This document shows positions 28,630 through 37,245 of a DNA stretch of 64,000 nucleotides, piece after piece (position 1 is the stretch's first letter; every line of letters begins with the position of its first letter). The position numbers and the translations under genes were made by a program. The notes beneath the pieces were generated by a model. The model searched no databases. It was not told the DNA's origin and saw nothing but the letters and a program-made list of their open reading frames with translations. The DNA is from Verrucomicrobiia bacterium (lineage in GTDB: Bacteria > Verrucomicrobiota > Verrucomicrobiia > Limisphaerales > UBA1319), in NCBI GenBank assembly GCA_963664225.1, contig OY760937.1:5719427-5783426 (forward strand), given 5' to 3'.

Positions 28630-31137
28630 TTAAGTGTTTTCCAAACCATGTTGCGATTCAGATTTCGTTTGGCGCAGTTTGTCAGCTTTCTTGCGCATGT
28701 CGATCGCTTGTTCTGCACGGGATGGGTACCGCTTAACAGTTTCTTGTGGAACATGTGCCTTCGTAGCTTCGGTTTGCAACTTGCGTAAGCGGTTATCGGC
28801 CTCCTTCTTTTCGTTATTGAATATTTCATTCTCTCGGTTGTGGAATTCCCCAAACTTCTTCTCTTCCTCAGTATATTCCGCGTCTCGGACAACAGTGGAA
28901 ATTACCTCCGGTTTCAATTCGCTGAAGATTCCCTTTGCGTAAGCTCTGTGTGCTTTTTTAAGTTGTCTGATGGCATCAAGCTGCTCTGGCAAAGCAGTCA
29001 TCGCGGAGGCTTCAACCTCTTGCACAGAAAAGTATTCCTTGTGCTGCCTGTCATAAACCGTGAGTAATTCTGGTAGTTCGATATTGTAAAATGCCAAAAC
29101 TGGTCTCCCGATAATTCGACCCGTGTGCCCGTTGTAATAGAGATGTGGAATTCCTCGAACCTTTATCAATATCCCCTCTTGCCGCACAGTGACGTATTTT
29201 CGGTGAGTGGAGAGAATGTAGCGAGCCTCATTAGGCAGCTTTTTGAGAGTGCTCGTCCGGAATTCATTAGCCCATGCCTCAGATGGTGAATATCCATCGA
29301 GCATTTTACCGTTTTGGGGATCGCGGGCGAAATCATTGAGCACTGACGTAATTCTGCTTACCCAATCTGTCATGGTCGGGAATTGCATCACCGCATCAAG
29401 CTCCCCTCTGCGGGCTCTTGCAAGAAGGTCCTGCATCCTTTCATAACAATCGGTCTGTTCGTTAAAACCAACAAAACCAGGGATGGCCTTCATCTTGTTT
29501 TGCAGGATGAGTAACAGGCCCTCGATTGGTTTGGCGCGTGGTGTTGTTGCGTGGCGCACTTCAAGTTGCATTCCAACGCCACGAAGTCCACTTTCAGTTT
29601 CACGCCAGGGAACGGGCATCCCGCGGCGTCGATCACCGCTGACCAAGCGCGAGGCCCAGACTCCTTGCTCAAAATAATAACCCATGCGCGGTAGTCCGAC
29701 CTTATCGTGGACCTTCAGGGCAAGATTCCGAATGTGTTCGCCATTGTATTTTCCCGGAATCAGCAGGAACTCAAGGGGATAGCCGGTGCGCAGGTCGTTC
29801 ATCAGAAGACATTCACCCCTCATAATTCCCCATCCTCCGTCTGCCAATCGCACCCGGAAATAGTGATTCCAAGTCACATCGTCCGCACAAAACCAATCTC
29901 CAGGTCTGACGCCAGACCAATCTCGCGGGGTATAGGGACCTCGCATCGTGGCCTCCCACGGGCCGTGCAGGAGTGGCAAGCACATCTCAACATCGGGAGT
30001 AATTTTATCCCTCACGGACAGCGGCACATTGCTCTTGTCATCGCGCGGAGCGAATCTATATCGCTTGCAGAATTCATCGCTCAATTCTCCGCGCTCGCGG
30101 AGTTCCCGGTACGCAAGCGATTCATTCCCGCTCAGTTCGATGGCACGGTTCCGGATCTTCTTGAGATCTGCTGTGAAATCTGATTTGCAGAAGTTACCGG
30201 ACGTTAGGCAACGCCGATCCTGCAGAGCTTCCGGATTGCGATTGCCCTCTCGCCACTGAATAATTTTCTCTTCAAATCGCCGCCTGAGGCTCTTGGCTGA
30301 GCCGCACAGCGTGCCAGGCGGAAATGCTTTTGACAGGTAGCACAGCAAAGATGCCTTGATACGGTGCCGTTTGCGATTGCCTTTTGGCGAATCCGTGAGT
30401 GCATCGCTTAGTTTCTCATAGTGCCTGAATACGGCGCTCCACAAGTATTTCTTTTCCTCTGGTGTGGGTTTTTGACGGTCCTCAGTCGACTCGATTATTT
30501 CATCGAGATCTCTATGAATGTACTCCATCTCACGAACGAGCCGCGACGACTTCTGGGTATAAAAAGCCCGATCGTCAAGGTATATCTCCGGTGCTATCCA
30601 ATTTTCCGCCCCGCCATCCCGGTCGATTGAGCGATCGATCAACCGCCGCCAGTGTCGATTGGAAATTGTGTAACCCATATGCTTTTGGAAATTCTCCAAG
30701 CCGAGTTGCTCAATCTGACTCGCGGGAGCGGTCGAGGCATACCAACCGTTTAATGTTGGTGCCAAGGCCTTCTGGAGTTTTAGCGCTTTCTCCCGCCAGA
30801 ACGGTTGCAATTGGGCCCACGCCACTGGTGGAACCCACGGCTCTCTCGGCATGCTCGCAATGTATCGAATTCCATCCTCATATTTGCGTTCTACCCCTCG
30901 ACGCGTCACCCGCAATTGCCAGTCCAATGGAAGCGTTTGAAAGGCCCAAGCCGCTGTTTCCTTTCCTTGGACCGTGACATTTTTGGTTGGGACGACACGC
31001 TCCAAGCCGTAATAGACTGCGCGTCGGGTTATGCCTGTTGCGCGAGAAATCTGCACGACAGTGAACAAATTGTAGGCCTCAGCTGGTTCGCTCATTTTCT
31101 TTTTTGGACTGTGTATGGCCCCGATCCGGGCGTTCAT
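28630..31137 (-). CDS. Mu-like DDE transposase (MuA/TnsB-like)
   Basis: N-terminal HTH (FTVVQISRATGITRRAV), PGDWFCADDVTW, DLRTGYPL, VGLPRMGYYFEQG, PRAKPIEG, PGFVG and a C-terminal beta-rich Mu-transposase-like region. An alternative start at MSEPAE is possible. Confidence 0.82.
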   Translation of the reverse strand: MNARIGAIHSPKKKMSEPAEAYNLFTVVQISRATGITRRAVYYGLERVVPTKNVTVQGKETAAWAFQTLPLDWQLRVTRRGVERKYEDGIRYIASMPREPWVPPVAWAQLQPFWREKALKLQKALAPTLNGWYASTAPASQIEQLGLENFQKHMGYTISNRHWRRLIDRSIDRDGGAENWIAPEIYLDDRAFYTQKSSRLVREMEYIHRDLDEIIESTEDRQKPTPEEKKYLWSAVFRHYEKLSDALTDSPKGNRKRHRIKASLLCYLSKAFPPGTLCGSAKSLRRRFEEKIIQWREGNRNPEALQDRRCLTSGNFCKSDFTADLKKIRNRAIELSGNESLAYRELRERGELSDEFCKRYRFAPRDDKSNVPLSVRDKITPDVEMCLPLLHGPWEATMRGPYTPRDWSGVRPGDWFCADDVTWNHYFRVRLADGGWGIMRGECLLMNDLRTGYPLEFLLIPGKYNGEHIRNLALKVHDKVGLPRMGYYFEQGVWASRLVSGDRRRGMPVPWRETESGLRGVGMQLEVRHATTPRAKPIEGLLLILQNKMKAIPGFVGFNEQTDCYERMQDLLARARRGELDAVMQFPTMTDWVSRITSVLNDFARDPQNGKMLDGYSPSEAWANEFRTSTLKKLPNEARYILSTHRKYVTVRQEGILIKVRGIPHLYYNGHTGRIIGRPVLAFYNIELPELLTVYDRQHKEYFSVQEVEASAMTALPEQLDAIRQLKKAHRAYAKGIFSELKPEVISTVVRDAEYTEEEKKFGEFHNRENEIFNNEKKEADNRLRKLQTEATKAHVPQETVKRYPSRAEQAIDMRKKADKLRQTKSESQHGLENT

Positions 31138-31370
31138 TTGATTCTAATTGAGCAGATTGGAGGGTCGGCGCGCGATCCCCGATTTCTGCCGCGTCCAGAC
31201 AAGATAATCCAATTCTTGTGTCATTTGGTATATGATGCACATAAAACGATGATGGGAGCCCACAACAGTTCCAGCAGTTCACCACGCGCTGGAAGAGGGT
31301 CGCGATGGATCGTTGGGTCGCAATCTTTTAAAGATTGCTGCATCTTTAAGTGGCTTTTTCTGGTTCATGA

Positions 31371-31571
31371 TTACATTGGCAGCTTCCGTCGGCTGTTTGC
31401 CCTGCGATGAAATACGCCGTCGATTGAGGGGTGCCGGGTCAGCTTTGCTTGTATGGGCGCGACTGCGTGGAGCCGACATAAATCTCCGAAAACTGCGCAA
31501 ATTGAGCCGCGCGGGAAATCATGCCACCGAGTTGGCGAATCCCCTTCGGGGCGTTTCGGCTTTGCTTCCAT
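31371..31571 (-). CDS. Small hypothetical ORF in the Ner/Cro position (uncertain)
   Basis: ATG 31571, MEAKPKRPEGDSPTRWHDF..., divergent from the repressor and upstream of the transposase. No recognisable motif. Confidence 0.25.
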   Translation of the reverse strand: MEAKPKRPEGDSPTRWHDFPRGSICAVFGDLCRLHAVAPIQAKLTRHPSIDGVFHRRANSRRKLPM

Positions 31572-31586
31572 ATGGCGGATGTGGTA

Positions 31587-31595
31587 TGGTATAAT
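31587..31595 (+). promoter_or_regulatory. Extended -10 promoter for the XRE gene
   Basis: TG-G-TATAAT, 27 nt upstream of ATG 31623. ATAATGCAA is repeated at 31591 and 31620 (possible operator). Confidence 0.55.
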
Positions 31596-31622
31596 GCAAT
31601 AGATACAGCGAAATACAAAATA

Positions 31623-32015
31623 ATGCAAATTAAAAATGACTTTTTTCAAACGATTCGGCTGTTAAGGGTTCAGCGAGGGTTGTCGCAAGTCGAATTCGCT
31701 CGTTTTTTGGGCGTTACCCCGGCTGCGGTATGCAATTGGGAAAAGGGGCTCAGTAGCCCAGCCGAAAAACGGCTGGCGGCGATTGCTCAAAAATTGGGAG
31801 TGCCCGTCGAGTCGCTGCTTTCCATGTCGGTCGGTAACGGTCCGGGGAAAGTTCAGGAGATTCCACCGTGTTCTTCGCCGTTCCTGATTGCGTCAACCGT
31901 CGATGACCGGGGCAAGCGCCAAAAGCAGGCGCGCATGCTGGAGAAATTACTCACTCAGTTCACGGGCCTTGAATTTCGGATCGATAATCCCGCGATTGGA
32001 TCAGGGAAACGGTGA
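31623..32015 (+). CDS. XRE/Cro-C1 family HTH repressor
   Basis: IRLLRVQRGLSQVEFARFLGVTPAAVCNWEKG...LAAIAQKLGVPVESLL. Start moved to ATG 31623. Confidence 0.9.
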   Translation: MQIKNDFFQTIRLLRVQRGLSQVEFARFLGVTPAAVCNWEKGLSSPAEKRLAAIAQKLGVPVESLLSMSVGNGPGKVQEIPPCSSPFLIASTVDDRGKRQKQARMLEKLLTQFTGLEFRIDNPAIGSGKR

Positions 32016-32419
32016 CCCAGGCAAACGATCACTTTCGTTGATTGTGGGAATTCCTTTTCCACAACGAGACCCGCTGGTTTCGTCCTCCCTTTCAGCATCA
32101 TCAGGGCTGCTTTAACCCGGGCTGGTGAATGTTCTGGGCCCAGAGGGATTGTGGAAAACGGATGGATCTGAGACGGCTGAGAGACGTTGGCCGTGATGAG
32201 GAATGTGGTGATTGCTCTTCTGTTGGTGTGGCCGATGATGTGAAACTTCGGTAACGTTTCAATGCGTGATAACGCGCATATTCGCGAATCCTGGATTATT
32301 CATCGATCGCCTTCTGGTCGCAAAGTCGTTGTTCTTCTTGCGCCTTTTTGGTTAATTCATCTTCTTTCATAAGTTCTTGTTTGGCATAACAATACAGCGT
32401 GATTACATGTGTGGTTTCC

Positions 32420-32689
32420 AGTAGAAAATGTGGTAGCGCAAGTGGTTCCACAGTGGTGTGTGGGCCGAATTTCTGAGCCACCGCCCTAAGAGTGGACAAT
32501 CCGACGCCATGTTCAGAAGCAACGGCACGCCGTGTCAATTCACTCTGGTGATAGCGAAGGATCCGTTGGGCACGTTGTTCACATGTGGTTTGCGGAAATC
32601 GATTTGAGGATCCAGTTCTGTGGTTCACGCCCCCCATTTAACCACTTCAGCCTGATCGTTGCCTATTAGCCACTTGGTCTGGCGGATAC
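32420..32689 (-). pseudogene. IS66-family left end plus truncated tnpA (HTH)
   Basis: The minus strand begins GTATCCG (IS66-like terminus), followed by ...EQRAQRILRYHQSELTRRAVASEHGVGLSTL...PHFLE, which resembles IS66 TnpA. No tnpB/tnpC. Confidence 0.6.
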
Positions 32690-33052
32690 GTTGTATGTGT
32701 CCACACACATGCCGCAACGTCACCCCTGCACGCAGCCGCATATTGACCGAGGCGCTAGAGTGGTGGATTATATTTTCATGCGCGAAAAAACGCCTAACGG
32801 AAAAAGAACAGGTTCTGAAATTCATTTCATAGAATCAGAAACTGGCTGGTTTCTCAGGTCATATCTCAAAGGAAACGGCAGCTTACGAGCCTGATAGAAT
32901 GCCAAGGGTTTGTGTTTAATAAAGACTCACCTTATCTTGGATTTGTGGTAGTTGTCAAATCTACCCATCAACACATTCAGCACTTGTGCAAAATAATCGA
33001 TATTGCATAATATTTCAACCGCCCAAAGCAGCGCATCAGGAATATCTCTCGT

Positions 33053-33181
33053 GCTGATTTGCAGGAAGTGTATGACACTGAGCGGCACCTGCTCTACGTT
33101 GCCTGTACCCGGGCAAGAGACCATTTGCTGGTCACGAGCGTTGAGCCTCCGTCAGGATTTCTCGATGACATGCGGACGTGA
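33053..33181 (+). pseudogene. C-terminal fragment of a UvrD/SF1 helicase
   Basis: Manual translation ADLQEVYDTERHLLYVACTRARDHLLVTSVEPPSGFLDDMRT* contains SF1 motif VI (ER.LLYVA.TRA). Confidence 0.8.
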
Positions 33182-33962
33182 TCAGGTCGTTGGAGCCGGT
33201 GGAATCTGCATAACCCGGGTTGAATCGAATCAGCTGTCAGCGCCACACCACAAACACAGGAAGCAAAAACAAGAGGCAGAAGGGATTCGGCTTCGGAAGT
33301 CCACTGCCCTATTATGCGTTTTTTTGTGCCGGAATTGGGGATGCACCATTTCCAATAAAATAGCACGTGCCTTCCCAACTTGCGCTCTTCAATATTGCCT
33401 CGGCATTGGTCCGGTTTGGGATGATCACCGAAATGGGAATCTGGAGATCAAATGGAACTGATGGCACGTCGAACTTCAGGAAGCATGTGCCGCCCCACTC
33501 TGATTGGAGTGCAGGATTTTCGGCGGGCAGAGTCTATAGGATCATACGGACATCTTGAGCAACGCCGCCTTGAGGCATAATTTGGGCGTCAAGTTCCTCG
33601 ACCAAAACATTGAAGCTGAGTCATGGTTGAGGCCATTCCTTGGTAGTTTTTTCCCAGTTCTTGTCGATCTGTGCGGCAATCCTTTTCAACCAATGACGGA
33701 CAAGCGCAGGAAGCTTCAGATTTGCCATGTGCCTTTTGATCGCATAGCTATGTCCGTCGTCACCGATACGCCCCGGAGCGCGGTCGTATCTATAATTGCT
33801 CATTACTCCCTGATTTCCCTCGTCTGGCCCCCATCTGTAGGGGACCTATGACTATTTGGACAAGGTTGGTCCATAAATAAATATGCGCGTCGAAGTTCAA
33901 ACCGTCGGAAACGCGTATTCAGCGATAAATCCCCCTGTCGCGCCTCGAGCGGTGCAGTTGTG

Positions 33963-34117
33963 GTGGATGAAACCTATCCCATGCTCACAAAAAGGGCCAA
34001 AAAGTAGGCGTCCGTGATTCTTTTTATGGATGATGCCGGGTTCCAGTCTGATCCGCCTCAGGGACAGACCCATGGATTGAAGGAGAAACCCCGATCGACA
34101 AGACCTCGGATCAACGA
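33963..34117 (+). pseudogene. IS630-family transposase fragment
   Basis: Manual translation VDETYPMLTKRAKK*ASVILFMDDAGFQSDPPQGQTHGLKE..., the region around the first catalytic D(E), with an internal stop. Confidence 0.65.
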
Positions 34118-34300
34118 CTACGTGGACAGTTTGCAGGGGAGATTCGTCCCCGGAGTGAAAAAATGGCGGCTACGACTTTCAAAAAAATAAGTCTATAATT
34201 AGGAATGATATGTGAATGAAAGAACGATTGTAAAATGCAACATGCACATATAATTGGTTAGAATCATATGACCTAAGAAGAATGATTGTCGTTGAACAAA

Positions 34301-34361
34301 CGCCCCCAATTTAACCACTTCAGCCTGACCATTACCTATTGCCGCATCTCCTGACGGATAC
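34301..34361 (-). repeat. Second IS66-like left-end remnant
   Basis: CGCCCCCAATTTAACCACTTCAGCCTGA...CCTATT...CGGATAC matches 32628-32689 and ends 1 nt from the peptidase stop codon. Confidence 0.7.
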
Positions 34362-34362
34362 A

Positions 34363-35199
34363 CTAAATTGTCCGTGGTTCTAATAATGTGAGAACACCTC
34401 GGCTCCGCAGGCGAATAGCCGATTCCATGAATATTTCGTCAAATTGGCTGCCTTCGGCGACACCTGTAAACCAGGCGCTGGCAACCGTTCCGTTCTGATG
34501 CACCCTTCCCAACGTCAGGGTGTTATCAAGCATCGCTAGGCCCGTGGCTGAATCAGCGGGTATCACTTCATTGGTCAACTTCTTAACCCATTGATACCCT
34601 CGTGACTTCAGTTCTGGGGAAATATCCCACCAGGGTTTGCCAGCATCGCGAAACATAACTATGGCACAGGGTGTTTTGCTTATGGCGGTGAAACGCAGAG
34701 CTGCACTCTGAATGGAAACGCTAAACGTGCTGGCAATATCGACTATGCCTCGCAGCCCAGGTGAAACCTCCGTCAGTGCTTTGCGGAATTCCTGGCCAGG
34801 CATCAGAAGATTTGCAGAGAAGAGATTTGCCTCCACCTCTATAGGACTGTCCGCTGGATGTTCCGTAAAGGAAAAATGCGGTGGCAGGCCTGCCAAGAGT
34901 GCATTGCGGTGTTCATCGATGAAAAGGTGGCCCAGTTCGTGGGCAACTGTAAAACGAGCCCGAGGAGAGTTACAGGGCTGTCCCCGGGTCGTGTTGCAGT
35001 ATATGTGAAATTTGGAACTTCTATGTTCCAACAACCCGTCAAAGGCGTTTCCATAGTCGCCATAAGAGAGGGTTACACCAGATGCATTGACAATTGCATC
35101 CAAAAAAACTTGACGTTCTCTGGAATGGGTTTGCCAAACGTCCTCTGCCAACTCCGAGATGAATATATGACGTTCCCGAGGTAGGTCAATAAGCGCCAT
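34363..35199 (-). CDS. ImmA/IrrE-family Zn metallo-endopeptidase (CapP/PprI-like: peptidase + HTH + GAF-like C-terminus)
   Basis: FDGLL, RARFTVAHELGH (HExxH), EVEANLFSANLLMP, IASTFSVSIQSAALR and a C-terminal extension. Real start MALIDLP at 35199 (278 aa) overlaps the stop of the upstream ORF. Confidence 0.9.
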   Translation of the reverse strand: MALIDLPRERHIFISELAEDVWQTHSRERQVFLDAIVNASGVTLSYGDYGNAFDGLLEHRSSKFHIYCNTTRGQPCNSPRARFTVAHELGHLFIDEHRNALLAGLPPHFSFTEHPADSPIEVEANLFSANLLMPGQEFRKALTEVSPGLRGIVDIASTFSVSIQSAALRFTAISKTPCAIVMFRDAGKPWWDISPELKSRGYQWVKKLTNEVIPADSATGLAMLDNTLTLGRVHQNGTVASAWFTGVAEGSQFDEIFMESAIRLRSRGVLTLLEPRTI

Positions 35200-35587
35200 T
35201 GTTGATTTGTTCCTTTGCCCTGGCCCGATCCGCATCCATACGCTTACGGATTTCCTCGGTAATTTCGCCGCCGTTCCTAGCGGCCATGGCGAGTTTTTCG
35301 AGATCCTGCTCAACTTGAAGTGAACTAATTTTAGAACCAATTCTCGTCGTGGTCGGAAATTCCACAATATTCTCCTCGCTCTGGCGCAGGAGTTGGCGAA
35401 ACTTCTCGGTGTCCGGGGTTGGGACTCCATTCATGTCTATGCTAGCCTTCAGTGAGGCGACATCTTCCGTGATACGCGGAAAGAGATAACCATCATCCCG
35501 AAGTGCAGCATACACAGCTGCTTCGAACTCAGCGTCCGAAAGCTCTTTCGGCTGTTCACTATTCGAGTGGGTCTTCATATGTTGCAT
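35186..35587 (-). CDS. Small acidic hypothetical protein; putative anti-sigma factor / peptidase substrate
   Basis: 133 aa, lying between the sigma and peptidase genes and overlapping the latter. Motifs GYLFP and LAMAARNGGEI..EIRKRM..DR. No HTH or TM segment seen. Confidence 0.7.
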   Translation of the reverse strand: MQHMKTHSNSEQPKELSDAEFEAAVYAALRDDGYLFPRITEDVASLKASIDMNGVPTPDTEKFRQLLRQSEENIVEFPTTTRIGSKISSLQVEQDLEKLAMAARNGGEITEEIRKRMDADRARAKEQINNGAY

Positions 35588-35608
35588 TATGTTAAATTAT
35601 TTATGTTA

Positions 35609-36319
35609 TTAAGCGTGTGTTTGGATGAATGCTTTAGCTTGGTCTCTAAGACGCTTGCGACGAACCCGAAGACTGGACTCGGTTAATCCGTATTCTCTAC
35701 AAATGCCCTCACGGATATCGTCATCAATTACCGATTCCCCATTTTCGGGATCCCAGAACTCAGCTGTGACCGTCAGAATTTCCCGGTCCTTTGGAGACAA
35801 AGTTTCCAGGAATCTTAGAACCGCAGCTTTTCGGCTGGTCGGGACTTGCTCTGCCGTCGCCTGACGTTTCTCCTCTATATTTTCCAGCCACTCGGTGTCC
35901 TCGTCCGAGCACCGCACGGCTGGACGTCTATTTTCCGCACGCAGGCTGTCCAAAAACAGGTTTTTCATTATCCGGAACAACCAAGCCAGCACTTGTGCGG
36001 TGCTCTGGCTTGGATCGGTGCACACAAAATGTTCGGCCTCCCGGTAAGCCTTAAGAAACGCAGCGTTCACAAAACTCTCTGCCGATTCCCCGAATGTCTC
36101 TTGGCGGTATTTGATGCACCAAGCCAGCAAAAAGCGGGCATGGCGCCGGTGTAGCTCTTCACAAGCCTTAAGGGCCAATTCCTCATCGGTGTCCTTAAAT
36201 GCCATGTACGTGACCAGTCCGTCGTCAGACTCGCGCTCGAGTTCGGGGTGAGAGCAAGTCACCAATCCGGTGACGGGTTCCGGTTCTTCCAATATGTTGT
36301 TTTGGGCGACGTCTTCCAT
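35609..36319 (-). CDS. ECF-type (group 4) RNA polymerase sigma factor, divergent
   Basis: Region 2-like ACEELHRRHARFLLAWC...AESFVNAAFLKAY...LAWLFRIMKNLFLDSLRA and region 4-like LETLSPKDREIL...ICREYGLTESSLRVRRKRLRDQAK. Confidence 0.8.
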   Translation of the reverse strand: MEDVAQNNILEEPEPVTGLVTCSHPELERESDDGLVTYMAFKDTDEELALKACEELHRRHARFLLAWCIKYRQETFGESAESFVNAAFLKAYREAEHFVCTDPSQSTAQVLAWLFRIMKNLFLDSLRAENRRPAVRCSDEDTEWLENIEEKRQATAEQVPTSRKAAVLRFLETLSPKDREILTVTAEFWDPENGESVIDDDIREGICREYGLTESSLRVRRKRLRDQAKAFIQTHA

Positions 36320-36471
36320 CAAGATTATAACGTTTGGCCGTTACATTGTGCTTATATGGTCATTACTTCTTCTCTTATACGTCACCTCCTGAGCCATGAA
36401 ACGCTAAATCGTTATGACGGTGAAGGAGGAGCAAAGAGCTTCCGAGACAACCTAACGAAAGACCAAATATT

Positions 36472-36852
36472 ATGAAAGAAAATGGAAGATCGCCAGAGGC
36501 GGCTGAAGTGGTGGAAAAAGACCTCAAGAAAATTGGTGAACCTGTGGAAGAAATCGAAAAACTAGAAGAAGAGGTCGATCTTGAATCGTACGCCAAGGCT
36601 GGGAAACAGCCACCGAGGGCAAAGCGGTATCGCATCCGTGTGGATGACCGCTACTTTGTGGTACACCAGGCGTGCATGAAAGGCATTGAAATCTTGGTTC
36701 TGGCAGGAAAAACGCCACCAGAGAGCTTCATTTTAACCCAAAAGTCCAAAGGTGGTGCTTTGCACACGATTGAACTGGGCGATATCGTCGACTTCACCAA
36801 ATCCGGGATTGAACGTTTCAATACACTGCCCCGCCAGGTCCAAGAGGGTTAA
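36472..36852 (+). CDS. Bacterial ubiquitin-like protein (multiubiquitin-type beta-grasp) ending in Gly
   Basis: DLESYAKAGKQPPRAKRYRIRVD...GIEILVLAGKTP...VDFTKSGIERFNTLP. C-terminus ...QVQEG*. First gene of the E2/E1/JAB operon. Confidence 0.85.
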   Translation: MKENGRSPEAAEVVEKDLKKIGEPVEEIEKLEEEVDLESYAKAGKQPPRAKRYRIRVDDRYFVVHQACMKGIEILVLAGKTPPESFILTQKSKGGALHTIELGDIVDFTKSGIERFNTLPRQVQEG

Positions 36853-36855
36853 TCT

Positions 36856-37245
36856 ATGCGCCGCGAATTTACTCTGCCGGAGGACGACGTTGAGCACCTA
36901 GATACGCTTGGCGTGAATTGGGAGACGCTCCGTGATCCCAGCGGGCAATGGCTTCTGCTCCATGGGTTTGCGTTTCCATCGGGCTACAATCACCCGAATG
37001 GGTCCGTTGCCATACAGATCCCGGGAAACTATCCGGTTTCTCCGCTGGACATGGCATATTTCTTTCCTCACCTTCAGCGTCTGGATGGGCAACCGCTCCG
37101 GCAGACAGAATGCATGATGCAGGTGGATGGCAAATCTTGGCAGCGATGGTCCCGACATTACACTTGGGTGCCTGGGCAGCACAACCTCGGCACTCACATC
37201 GTTCTAACGCGCCATTGGCTGGAGCAGGGCGTGGGGAGAGGATGA
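36856..37245 (+). CDS. Prokaryotic E2/UBC-fold protein (Prok-E2_E-like)
   Basis: LPEDDVEHL...WLLLHGFAFPSGYN...IQIPGNYPVSPLDMAYFFP...WQRWSRH...W.PG..NLGTH. Confidence 0.8.
   Translation: MRREFTLPEDDVEHLDTLGVNWETLRDPSGQWLLLHGFAFPSGYNHPNGSVAIQIPGNYPVSPLDMAYFFPHLQRLDGQPLRQTECMMQVDGKSWQRWSRHYTWVPGQHNLGTHIVLTRHWLEQGVGRG

Larger units (their letters stand above)
26509..32015 (-). mobile_element. Minimal Mu-like transposable element (repressor / transposase A / ATPase B); ends not firmly defined
   Basis: Transposase and AAA ATPase on the - strand, divergent XRE repressor, repeats downstream of the ATPase, insertion right after lepB, and no structural phage genes. Confidence 0.65.

Noticed and set aside
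26901..32015. Complete Mu-like prophage or Tn7
   Set aside because: No head, tail, terminase, lysis, tnsA or tnsD/tniQ genes are visible.
32016..32295. Search for the second transposon end beyond the XRE gene
   Set aside because: Only vague CGCG-rich similarity (e.g. ~32268-32298); no convincing inverted copy or target duplication found by eye.
36948..37241. N-terminal 98-aa extension of the JAB-E1 ORF (similar extensions on the peptidase, XRE, nifE and thioredoxin ORFs)
   Set aside because: These overlap neighbouring real genes or promoters; downstream ATGs with coupling overlaps or RBSs fit better.
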